Notes: generated by a model from the letters alone, not told the origin. Positions 10,084 through 18,678 are shown, counted from the first letter of the stretch. The stretch: 25,096 bases of DNA from Promethearchaeota archaeon (GCA_048938105.1 JBHLMN010000032.1:1-25096); one strand, 5' to 3'. A program made the numbers and translations.

Positions 10084-11286
10084 TTAACCTCCTTTCTCTA
10101 TAATAGTGGCTACTCCCTGACCACCGCCAACACATGCATTTGCTAATCCATATTGACCGTCTTCCCAGTTTAAAATTCGGGCAAGAGTTCCTACCAATCT
10201 GGTGCCTGATGCACCAAGGGGATGACCGATGGCTACTGCTCCACCCTTGACATTAACTTTATTCCGATCAATACCTAGTTCTTTAATACAATTTAGAGCT
10301 ACAATTGAAAAAGCTTCGTTAATTTCCCAGAAATCAATGTCTTTAACCTCCATACCAGCGTGTTTTAAAGCCATTTTACTTGCTGGTACGGGGCCTAAAC
10401 CCATAATGCCTGGATTTACAGCTGCCCAACCAAATGATCTTAATGTAGCTAATGGATCGATTCCATATTCTTTAGCTTTTTCTTTTGACATCAAAATCAT
10501 TGCTGTTGCTCCAGCATTCAATGGAGAAGAATTCCCTGGAGTAATCTGACCCTCAAAATCGAATGAAGGTTGTAAAGACGCCATTATCTCCATAGTGCTT
10601 CCTCTTCTCACAGACGCGTCTAGATCGAAGATTTCGCCGTTTAGTAACTCAATTGGCATTAATTCATCCTTGAAGAAACCCTCATCTTGTGCTTTTGCAG
10701 CGAGATCATGTGATTCGAGACTATAACGGTCAATATCCTCTCTTGTTATCCCAAATTTTTCTCCTGCTTGTTTTAACAATTTTTCTGCTGTTAATCCCAT
10801 AACAAATCCAGTAGCAAAATCATATTTCTCAAATTCTTTTGAGGTTAGCTCTGCTGTCGGAGGATCTATGTACGGATTGTTTGCCATTGGAATGTGAGTC
10901 ATGTGTTCTATTCCAGCAGAAACAGTAATGTCGGAATAACCAGTCATGATTTGCATAGCTCCCCAATGAATAGTGGTCATTGAGGATCCACATTGACGGT
11001 CTATTCCACATCCAGGAACGGTCTCTGGCAGTCCTGCCAATGCTATAATGGGTCGTGCACCATATAACCATTGTTCCATAACTGGAAAGGCCGCGCCTAC
11101 AGCCACGTCACCAATTTCTTTGGGATCAATACCTTTGCGGTTGACCATGGTTCTGATGAGTTTTGCCGTAAGAACATCCATACGGAAATCATTCAGTTTA
11201 TCTCTTTCAGGAGCATTCGGTCTTGATCTTGAGAAAGGTGTACGTAAATAATCAGCAATAACAACTTCACGCATACTCTTTTTCAA
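10084..11286 (-). CDS. Acetyl-CoA C-acyltransferase (thiolase)
   Basis: Catalytic motifs DRQCGSS, EINEAF, GHPLGASG, CVGGGQG. Alternative start at ATG 11274. Confidence 0.95.
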   Translation of the reverse strand: MKKSMREVVIADYLRTPFSRSRPNAPERDKLNDFRMDVLTAKLIRTMVNRKGIDPKEIGDVAVGAAFPVMEQWLYGARPIIALAGLPETVPGCGIDRQCGSSMTTIHWGAMQIMTGYSDITVSAGIEHMTHIPMANNPYIDPPTAELTSKEFEKYDFATGFVMGLTAEKLLKQAGEKFGITREDIDRYSLESHDLAAKAQDEGFFKDELMPIELLNGEIFDLDASVRRGSTMEIMASLQPSFDFEGQITPGNSSPLNAGATAMILMSKEKAKEYGIDPLATLRSFGWAAVNPGIMGLGPVPASKMALKHAGMEVKDIDFWEINEAFSIVALNCIKELGIDRNKVNVKGGAVAIGHPLGASGTRLVGTLARILNWEDGQYGLANACVGGGQGVATIIEKGG

Positions 11287-11340
11287 CCCTGATTTTTTTT
11301 TCTCTTTGTTTTTCTTTAATTCCTTATGAGGCCCACAGAA

Positions 11341-11405
11341 AAGGAGGGACTTTCAAAATTTATCTCTTCTTTCCCGAGTGAGGGTAATTTTGAAGGGTAC
11401 TCCTT
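11341..11405. promoter_or_regulatory. Long imperfect inverted repeat upstream of the thiolase gene
   Basis: AAGGAG (11341-46) pairs with CTCCTT (11400-05); TTCAAAATT (11352-60) pairs with AATTTTGAA (11386-94); inner CTC/GAG pairing. Confidence 0.5.
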
Positions 11406-11571
11406 CTATAGCGATAAAAATGGAATTAATTGAAACAATAAAGGATTAATTAAAAATATTTGCGCTTTTTTCTTACTCTACGGCTTTATTACTGCTATTT
11501 TGTGATTACACACATTGAAAATTGTTGATTAATTCATCGAAATTCATTATTATACGCTAAATAAAGTAATT

Positions 11572-11649
11572 AAGAGAAAAGAAAAGAAGTAAACAAGATA
11601 TAAAGGAAAGAAAAGAGAAAAAAAGAGAAATAGAAGAAAAGAGAAGGGA
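11572..11649 (-). terminator. Long polypyrimidine (T-rich) tract after SCP2, probable terminator
   Basis: About 75 nt almost entirely A/G on the plus strand, immediately after the SCP2 stop at 11651. Confidence 0.5.
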
Positions 11650-11650
11650 T

Positions 11651-11995
11651 TTACTGTTGGAGTTTCTTAATAACGGGCAAAAGTTTCATGGTTCCCATCA
11701 CATCCCCTTCAATCTTGTATTTTTTAGCGAAGAAGGCTTTTTGAGCATCTTCTTTCCCCGCTGAAATATCTGCCCATATTTGGGTTGGTCCGATGAATGT
11801 GAAATGGGCTTTTTCTGGTTCTCCTTCATGAAATTCTGCGGAACCATCAGCTTTATGTTCCACCCAGAATGGTCCATCTTCACCTTCAAGTTTGTAACAT
11901 GCGTTTTTTACCCAATTTTTTAGCATTCCTTTTACTTCATCATTTGCGTTAATTGCTTTAACAAATTCTTCAACTGAGTCTTTTCCAGCACCCAT
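11651..11995 (-). CDS. Standalone SCP2 sterol/lipid-binding domain protein
   Basis: Short protein with WADISAGKEDAQKAFFAKKYKIEGDVMGTMKL, the SCP2 C-terminal pattern (AF..GKLKIEGD); lies in a beta-oxidation cluster. ATG 11995 preferred over GTG 12004. Confidence 0.85.
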   Translation of the reverse strand: MGAGKDSVEEFVKAINANDEVKGMLKNWVKNACYKLEGEDGPFWVEHKADGSAEFHEGEPEKAHFTFIGPTQIWADISAGKEDAQKAFFAKKYKIEGDVMGTMKLLPVIKKLQQ

Positions 11996-12172
11996 ATTTA
12001 TCACGTCATTTTTTTTTGGTTAATATGTGTCTAATGAGATAAGAATAACAGGTTAGCCTTAGGATTGAAGCCTGAACCTAATTTCTTATACTAAATGTTC
12101 TTCTAAGAGTTATATTTAAGAAAATTGTGTTTATATTAGAATTACAATATAACCTGATTTAGTTTGGGAAGT

Positions 12173-12847
12173 TCATCTCTGAAATAAGGTAAGGAGCTCT
12201 TCAATATGGGTAATCTGAAGATCTGCTTTTTCCACTTCTTTTCTCCCAAATCCATACGTGCATCCGATCGCAATCCCTCCATTGTGTTTTGCAGCTTGAA
12301 TATCATGGATTCTATCTCCTACAACTGCGAAATAATTTGATTTTAATTTCTCTATTATTTTACCGATCATCCAAGTTTTATCTTTCCCTGGGTTGCAACC
12401 AGCAGTCATCATTTCATCAAAATATTTGTCTAAGCTAAAAAAGTTAACCGCTGCCTCAAAATAATCAGTACGAGCATTTGTACAGAGAGCTAATCGGTAT
12501 CGACGTTGTTTTAGTGTTAAAAGAGTAGGAATCACATTCGGATAGAATTCCCCCCTTCCTTCTTTAAAGGCTTTGACTTCAGCCTCTTCCACACATTTCT
12601 CAAATGAAGAGATGATTCGTGGATCAGTTGTCTCTAAAAGGGTAGGGTATATATCATCAGCTTGTTTACCAAACTGTGAGAGAATTACTTCATCTGATGG
12701 ATATTCTCTTTTAATTTGAAACTCTCCATATAATGATTGAAGGCATTTATGGAAAATAGGGAGACTTAACTTTTCTCCATCATGTAAGGTGCCATCAAAA
12801 TCGAAGATTATGGTGTCTATCATTGATAAGTCAACTTGATTAACCAT
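12173..12847 (-). CDS. HAD superfamily hydrolase (phosphoglycolate phosphatase-like)
   Basis: IIFDFDGTL motif I, CTN motif II, K, VGDRIHDI motif IV. Start is either ATG 12847 (GGAGA upstream) or ATG 12892 (ATGA overlap with the upstream stop). Confidence 0.9.
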   Translation of the reverse strand: MVNQVDLSMIDTIIFDFDGTLHDGEKLSLPIFHKCLQSLYGEFQIKREYPSDEVILSQFGKQADDIYPTLLETTDPRIISSFEKCVEEAEVKAFKEGRGEFYPNVIPTLLTLKQRRYRLALCTNARTDYFEAAVNFFSLDKYFDEMMTAGCNPGKDKTWMIGKIIEKLKSNYFAVVGDRIHDIQAAKHNGGIAIGCTYGFGRKEVEKADLQITHIEELLTLFQR

Positions 12848-12888
12848 TGGAATGAATCTCCCAAGAAAGATGTTCTCTCTTGTTTTTA

Positions 12889-13713
12889 TCATTTCAGTCC
12901 TTGTAAAATTTGTAATGATGATTCTAAAACCTTGCATCCATGATAAATAATCTGTTGTAATATTTCGTTTTTCTGATGTTGAGCTAAGAAAGCTTCCCAA
13001 CCTTTTAGATAAAATTCTTTGTAATTCTGCATTAATTCTTCAAAGCCATGATTTTCAAGTTCAGATATTATTTTTGTACGATTCCAACTCCAGATCTCAA
13101 GGGGTGGAATATCTATTATTTGAGTCAATAATCGAATAGGAGTAGGAGACACCTGCCAATTAATTCTACGAATTAAAACCCAATAATCAAGGCCACTTCG
13201 ATCAATAAGACTCATTGGTAAGTTTTTGAGGATCTCCTTGAGTTTAATAAGATGGTTATAATCAATTTCGCGGATTCGGCTTGGTTGTAGAGTGATTGGA
13301 ATAATTGGTTCACCATAAACTATCCGAATATCACTTAACCTAGGCGGAACATAGTCAGGTAATGTTTCCAGATGATTAATTGTTACAAGCTGCGAACGAG
13401 GTAAATGAAAAGATTTGGGGTATTTAGTTCTGAAGTTATGTTCATAGTTCTCTGAGATGTCAAGTGATTTTGCTATTGGATCAGAAACATTTTGAAATAT
13501 CTCATAATCGTCAACTAACTTAATATGAATATCAAGGTCGCTTAAGATTGGAACATAATCCAGTGGTGAATCCCATTGTTTTATTGCTGATCCTTTGGCA
13601 TAAAAATATTCAATATGCTTTCCAAATTCATTGATCAAGAGATTTTTCCAGATATTAAGACTATGATTAATATCAGTCTTAGCTTGAGATAAGAATTTTA
13701 TGAACTGCTCCAT
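12889..13713 (-). CDS. Pol-beta-superfamily nucleotidyltransferase-like protein
   Basis: YFYAKGSA...SDLDIHI matches hG[GS]x(n)DhDh; helical C-terminal domain. Confidence 0.6.
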   Translation of the reverse strand: MEQFIKFLSQAKTDINHSLNIWKNLLINEFGKHIEYFYAKGSAIKQWDSPLDYVPILSDLDIHIKLVDDYEIFQNVSDPIAKSLDISENYEHNFRTKYPKSFHLPRSQLVTINHLETLPDYVPPRLSDIRIVYGEPIIPITLQPSRIREIDYNHLIKLKEILKNLPMSLIDRSGLDYWVLIRRINWQVSPTPIRLLTQIIDIPPLEIWSWNRTKIISELENHGFEELMQNYKEFYLKGWEAFLAQHQKNEILQQIIYHGCKVLESSLQILQGLK

Positions 13714-13797
13714 TATAACACACTTTTTGGAATTTGTACTATATTTAAGAAAATTATATATTAGGTAATACTTTACAAAATGTGAGTGTTTGTTTGC

Positions 13798-13980
13798 ATG
13801 TCCGATGAAAAATCCCCTGAAGAAAAAATGTTTGATAAGGTTGCGTGCTACCTTTTCAAAGGATCATTAAACACAGTTCAGAAAGAATTTTCTTTACATC
13901 TCTTCGCAGAGTGGTCAAAGGAAAACTTGGATATTATTTTAAAGGCAATTTCTCTATCTAATGATCAGGATTGTAATTAA
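13798..13980 (+). CDS. Small hypothetical protein (60 aa), possibly a fragment
   Basis: MSDEKSPEEKMFDKV... open frame followed by a T-tract; no recognisable motif. Confidence 0.35.
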   Translation: MSDEKSPEEKMFDKVACYLFKGSLNTVQKEFSLHLFAEWSKENLDIILKAISLSNDQDCN

Positions 13981-13998
13981 AATCTTTTTTTCAGTCAA

Positions 13999-14176
13999 TC
14001 AATACATCTCCCCGTTTTTTAACCATTTTTCTATTTGATTGTAAATAAATGGTCACGAATTTTTAACTGACAAATTTTATTTCTTCCTCTTCATCCTCTT
14101 AAAATAATTGGGTCATCAAAGCTCCAATGTAACTGGTATGTCCTTACTAGAAATGGTTAAGACATTTCTCCTTTGC
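13999..14176 (-). pseudogene. arsC: Degraded 3' fragment of a thioredoxin-dependent arsenate reductase (ArsC / LMW-PTP fold)
   Basis: Across frameshifts and stops it reads AKEKC...QLHWSFDDP...DEEEEIKF...KIRDH...QIEKWLK, the C-terminal ArsC pattern (A.E.CP.FP...HW.FDDP...EE...F...RD.I). Confidence 0.65.
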
Positions 14177-14204
14177 TATAGTTTTTCATTAGGACTGAAT
14201 TTTA

Positions 14205-14441
14205 TTAAGTAAAGGCTTCTTTCTTACGTATTTCGTGAATCACTGTTATAAGTATAAATAGAATCACTAGAGAGATAGAAATAATTAAGAAATGACCACT
14301 ACTTTCACGGAATGGATAATGAATGATTGGTAGCATGCCTTGCGAAGATTCCTGATAATTATAGGAAAAAATAGCTGCGAGGAAGAAGATGGTACTTCCT
14401 AATATTGTGATAAGTTGAGAAATACGTATTATTTCACTCAT
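14205..14441 (-). CDS. Small two-TM membrane protein (78 aa)
   Basis: From ATG 14441 (MSEIIRISQ); two hydrophobic helices flank a YPFRE loop; basic tail. Confidence 0.55.
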   Translation of the reverse strand: MSEIIRISQLITILGSTIFFLAAIFSYNYQESSQGMLPIIHYPFRESSGHFLIISISLVILFILITVIHEIRKKEAFT

Positions 14442-14605
14442 TGTTATCTGACTAGAAGAAAAGCCCTTTAAATTATTAGACTTAATTGTGTTTATATGAT
14501 TAGATGGAAGTGTAATACACCACACTATTGAAAAGCTACAACATAAGGCCAAACAATTCATTTACAACGCAATCTAAGAATTTGATCACCAAAGAGGCGA
14601 GTACC

Positions 14606-14857
14606 ATGGAGGATAAGAAAAGGGGAAAAAGAACAAAAACTAGTAAATTCGGATCTCCTGGCAGAGAAGGTCATGATTCGACAACGTTTTACGCAAGTAA
14701 ATTGTACACAAATCTTCCACGTGAAAAAAACAACGAATATATAGAAAACACGATTCCTCCAAGTAATTTGAATAAAATTTTCACTTCTAGTTCTGAAAAC
14801 ATGGAAGAACTCCCTGATAATAGCGTCCATTTAATGGTAACCTATCCACAAAAATGA
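14606..14857 (+). pseudogene. Truncated beta-class N4/N6 site-specific DNA methyltransferase (N-terminal fragment)
   Basis: TKTSKFGSPGREGHDSTTFY...NKIFTSSSENMEELPDNSVHLMVT is the usual lead-in to motif IV TSPPY. Here it reads TYPQK*, and no rest of the gene follows. GAGG SD upstream of ATG 14606. Confidence 0.8.
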
Positions 14858-14862
14858 ACTAA

Positions 14863-15807
14863 TTATGAAAGTAATCCATACTGTCTTCTTCTCCTATATG
14901 ACCGTCGATTTAATTCCTTGACGTATTCTTTTTTACAAAATTCACACCTTTTGTGGTTATTCCCAGTTTTAATCACTTTTCTACCACAATCTTTACATAT
15001 AATAGTTAATTGATGATGGAATTTAAAAAAACGTTGAAAAATGATATGTTTTCTCTCTAAAAAAATAGTTGGGTTATTATAGAGTCTTTTATAAAATATC
15101 TCGCGACTTTCATTTAAAATACTTAAATAAAACCAAGAACCTTGTAATTTTGAATAGACTTTTGATTTAATTCCTTGATGAATTAAAATTATATTTAATT
15201 TCTGCAAAAACTTTTTACTTCCGCTGGTAAAGATGATTTCCAAACTATTTCCTAGGATCCGAACATGGCCATCTCCATCAAAATAACCTCTTATAAAATC
15301 ATATAGAAATTGTTTAGGTACTTCAGGGAAATCCATAATTTTTGATTTTCGTGGTGTTAAACCTAATTTTAGGAGATCTTGAATGATTTCTTTTCTACTT
15401 ATTGTTAATTGGTGGATAAATCCTGTTTTAATCTTGCTTTTACTAATTCGAATAGTGCTTCTCATTGCGTTATTCATTGATATTAATGATAAGAAATCTT
15501 TAGATTTGATACTTAATTCACTACCTGATCTTCGAATCCGTATCGAACCATCAGCAAATATGTAACCCAGTATGTAGGCCATTTCTCTTGTCCATATTTT
15601 AAAAAAATTGATATTTATCTTATATTTAGATTGAAATCTTTTGTTCTTTCCTATTCTTCTTCTCTTGGCTCTAATACTATTTATTGATCGATTTAAATAA
15701 TTAGATATCTCGTAATCTTTCAACATAGAGTTTTCTTTTAAGAATTGAATTTCTTGACTAGTCCATCTCAATTTTTTCTTTGTTGAAAGAAAATTAGTAG
15801 ATTTCAA
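14863..15807 (-). CDS. Free-standing double-motif LAGLIDADG endonuclease with an N-terminal Myb/HTH domain and a C-terminal Zn ribbon
   Basis: AYILGYIFADG and DFIRGYFDGDG motifs; WTSQEIQFLKEN...LNRSINSIRAKRRRIG Myb-like repeat; CKDC...CEFC; no Hint splicing residues. Confidence 0.85.
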   Translation of the reverse strand: MKSTNFLSTKKKLRWTSQEIQFLKENSMLKDYEISNYLNRSINSIRAKRRRIGKNKRFQSKYKININFFKIWTREMAYILGYIFADGSIRIRRSGSELSIKSKDFLSLISMNNAMRSTIRISKSKIKTGFIHQLTISRKEIIQDLLKLGLTPRKSKIMDFPEVPKQFLYDFIRGYFDGDGHVRILGNSLEIIFTSGSKKFLQKLNIILIHQGIKSKVYSKLQGSWFYLSILNESREIFYKRLYNNPTIFLERKHIIFQRFFKFHHQLTIICKDCGRKVIKTGNNHKRCEFCKKEYVKELNRRSYRRRRQYGLLS

Positions 15808-15950
15808 TCAAGTAACCATCTAATTGATTATCAGGATACGAATTAAACGTTTTAACAGCTGATTTGATTCAGAATTCTTTTATAAATTTTATACTCCCTT
15901 TTTTAAAAACTTAAAATTGATTTTTTCATTAAAGGGAAATGGAATTAATT

Positions 15951-16982
15951 TTACAAATCAAATTCTTCCAAATTCTCTATTGATATAAGCAATTTCTCTT
16001 TTGTTCCATACGAAAAAAGTCTTGGTTCATAATTTTTTAATATTACTCGCATTAGAGCTACTTCAGGATGTTTGAGAGCAATTAATGTGTTTGCAATTAT
16101 TTGTGGCTTAGTTGCAAAGCTACAAAGCAGAACATTATAATTTTTATATTTAGCTAAAATAGATGATAGGGACTGAACAGTTTTCTGAACATCAAAGTTT
16201 TCTATTATACCCTCTTCAAATTGAATTACTTGTCGTAATTCTTTGTGGATCTCTCTTGATATCTTCTCCGCTCTATTAGAATTAAACATATCACTTCTAC
16301 CATATAAAATAATCTTCTTTGTATCCTCGAAACGACTACAGATTGCATCTACCTTATTTATTTCAAATCCTACTGAAAAAATTAATAAATTTTGAAGAAG
16401 TGGATTTGGTAACCCCTCAAATCCTTCGAAGTAGTCAACTCTACTTAAACCACTAGTCATAAGATATCGTCGGCGTGATTCTAAATCCAACTTCTCTTCT
16501 AATTCTAAATCATTATCAAGATAGATTTTTTCAAGATGATAAAATTCTGGCCGTGTATAAAAAATTGATAGAGAATGTGGTTTATATGAAATAAGGTCTA
16601 GAATCAAAATCGGAATTAAACCATCAATGCAGGCACTCACATCAAACATGATATCTTTCAAAACATGTTCACTAAAATGTTTAAAAATCAACCTCAAGCT
16701 TTTTATAGTTTCAAAAGGATCTAAATGATTCAAAGATACATTTGTTAGAGTTTTTACCCGCTTAATGAGAAAATTCTCTATTTTAATTTTATTTTTCTCG
16801 TTTAATTCATTTATCGTTTTGTCTTGTTGAATATATGTTAGAAGAACAGTTTCAGTATCAGATAAATCTGTTTCCTTAAGAGAATCTAAGATACCTCTGC
16901 TACGATCCTCGAAACCTGCTACTAGGATTAAAAGAGAAGGAGGCTTTACAATTTTTTTAATCTGATAAGTAGAAACATTCAA
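15951..16982 (-). CDS. Tandem CARF-like (double Rossmann) protein
   Basis: Repeat 1: LILVAGFEDRS...IMFDVSA...IFYTRPEFY. Repeat 2: LIFSVGFEINKV...VLLCSFATKPQIIA. The TTG start directly abuts the ATPase stop. Confidence 0.6.
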   Translation of the reverse strand: MNVSTYQIKKIVKPPSLLILVAGFEDRSRGILDSLKETDLSDTETVLLTYIQQDKTINELNEKNKIKIENFLIKRVKTLTNVSLNHLDPFETIKSLRLIFKHFSEHVLKDIMFDVSACIDGLIPILILDLISYKPHSLSIFYTRPEFYHLEKIYLDNDLELEEKLDLESRRRYLMTSGLSRVDYFEGFEGLPNPLLQNLLIFSVGFEINKVDAICSRFEDTKKIILYGRSDMFNSNRAEKISREIHKELRQVIQFEEGIIENFDVQKTVQSLSSILAKYKNYNVLLCSFATKPQIIANTLIALKHPEVALMRVILKNYEPRLFSYGTKEKLLISIENLEEFDL

Positions 16983-18656
16983 TTAAGGTTTCCCCATGCT
17001 ATATCCAGATAAAAAAGGGTCTAACGGCTGTTGATCGTAAGGGACTTTCATAGAGTGTAAAAAGTCTTTTTGCGAAGTTAAAATTAAATCAAATTTTTTT
17101 GAGCTAATTTGAACAGCGTCAGGATATGTGGGAATAAGATTATAAGAAGGAGCAAAGACCCCATTTAATCCATACGTCATTTGATTATAAAAACCATCTT
17201 TTCCTTGCCTAAAAAATTGGAAAATAATACCCTCACGTTCAGCATTTTTAAGAAGGTTCTTTGATTCCCTAGATAAATTTACATAGTCCCTCACTGCGAA
17301 ACTAAGGGTTGCAGGATATCTCAAATCGAGTCTATAACGTGATCTAAAGACCTCTGATAATGCTGACAAAAGCTTGAAAAAATCCTCTCCATTTAACGTT
17401 GAATTGAAAGCATACCTCAATCTACTCCTTGAGTACTTAAAAATAGCATCATTTTGAACGTTCTCGGAGAAATCTGGTTTATCAGGGTCCTTTAAACCTT
17501 CAACAAGAATTTCATTGCAGAGATTCATATAAAACCTTGCGACTCCTGACGAAACTCTTAGCACATCTCCAGCTCCGTAATAGGTTAAGATTGGACGTCC
17601 TCTACCCTTTGTTGCTTTAATTTGAATAATTTTATCCTTTAGGCTTTTTGATTCCCCCAATATCTCTTGAATAGAGAATTTTGGGTATTCTTTTCTCAAA
17701 CGTTTGTTAACGATATCTTGCAGGTAATCCTGAAACTTTGAGGGTTTTTGACGAAAAGCAGGACGATTGATAGTTTTCCAATAAATGTCATCAAAAATAT
17801 CAATAGTTTGATTTGGATAACTGAGATTATAGAAACAACCTGATTTACATGCTACCTTGAATGTTAAATAATTATATCTTTCCTTGATTAGAGGATTAAT
17901 TACGGATTGTTGATCCTTTGTAAGCTTATCATATTCATCAAGAAGAATATAAACAATTAAATTGGGATTTTTAAACAAGTATTCACGTAGAATATTTATA
18001 ATTTCGAATAAAAATCGAAAATCTTCAAAAAATGGAATAGTTTTATCAAAAGGCTTCTCATTCAACCTTTTGGACTTTAATTCCTTTATAAGAGATTCTC
18101 TATGATCAACAAAGAATTTCACAAGGGTATCGAGACTTTTACAAGCATCGTTTGCTGATGAAGCTGCAATTTCACATTTAACAAATAAATTTATTAAATT
18201 TTCACGAAGATCAGTAGGAAGATCTTTTTTAACGAGATCAGACTGAATTTTTAAATGAAGAGTATTAAGAAAAAATTCCATTGTAACTATTACAAAAAAT
18301 GATCTAAATAACTCAACAAAAACATCATAATTTTTAAAATATTTTGGTTTTATAAATCCAAAGACATGCTCGTCAGTTTTAAAATAAATTGGTAAAATGT
18401 ATGTAGTAGATGATTGATTAGAATTAAGCTTATTAATTTCTGCTATTTGGAAAAACCTCAGGAACATCGATTTACCAGTTCCTCTGACTCCATCGATAAC
18501 TGCAGGTATATTATTAAATATTATATCATAATCAGTAGGACGTGCGAAATATTCAACAAGTAACGTATCACTAGGTATTCTCTCAGTCATTGTATTCTGT
18601 AGAATTTGCTGAATCAAATTTGGGTCTAATTTTTTTCCCCTTTTTTTTCGCATCAT
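16983..18656 (-). CDS. ORC/CDC6-like (STAND-related) AAA+ P-loop ATPase
   Basis: Walker A GVRGTGKS, long helical insert, Walker B ILLDEYD, FKVAC strand, YYG...SSGVAR helical-domain motif, wHTH-like C-terminus. Confidence 0.8.
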   Translation of the reverse strand: MMRKKRGKKLDPNLIQQILQNTMTERIPSDTLLVEYFARPTDYDIIFNNIPAVIDGVRGTGKSMFLRFFQIAEINKLNSNQSSTTYILPIYFKTDEHVFGFIKPKYFKNYDVFVELFRSFFVIVTMEFFLNTLHLKIQSDLVKKDLPTDLRENLINLFVKCEIAASSANDACKSLDTLVKFFVDHRESLIKELKSKRLNEKPFDKTIPFFEDFRFLFEIINILREYLFKNPNLIVYILLDEYDKLTKDQQSVINPLIKERYNYLTFKVACKSGCFYNLSYPNQTIDIFDDIYWKTINRPAFRQKPSKFQDYLQDIVNKRLRKEYPKFSIQEILGESKSLKDKIIQIKATKGRGRPILTYYGAGDVLRVSSGVARFYMNLCNEILVEGLKDPDKPDFSENVQNDAIFKYSRSRLRYAFNSTLNGEDFFKLLSALSEVFRSRYRLDLRYPATLSFAVRDYVNLSRESKNLLKNAEREGIIFQFFRQGKDGFYNQMTYGLNGVFAPSYNLIPTYPDAVQISSKKFDLILTSQKDFLHSMKVPYDQQPLDPFLSGYSMGKP

Positions 18657-18678
18657 GAGAATTAGTCACTTCTATAAA

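Noticed and set aside
12050-12079. Small hairpin AGGTT...AACCT upstream of SCP2
   Set aside because: Short and imperfect; could be chance.
312-15565. Many 60-140 aa overlapping ORFs in the track (e.g. 5926-6345, 8306-8629, 10229-10549, 14558-14830)
   Set aside because: They are antisense or alternate-frame shadows of well-supported genes and have no motifs.
14606-15807. Intein-containing or intron-split methyltransferase (MTase N-extein + LAGLIDADG)
   Set aside because: The endonuclease is on the opposite strand, has no N-terminal Cys/Ser block or C-terminal HN, and no C-extein follows.
14813-15835. Possible terminal inverted repeats around the LAGLIDADG gene (CCTGATAAT...ATGGTAAC at 14813-14841 vs ATTATCAGG/GTAACCAT at 15812-15835)
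   Set aside because: Only a 9-nt match plus a 7/8 match with unequal spacing in AT-rich DNA; too weak to call.
16983-18656. Replication initiator Orc1/Cdc6 with an adjacent origin
   Set aside because: The protein is too long, has a large insert between Walker A and B, sits in an operon with CARF and MTase genes, and no ORB repeats were seen.
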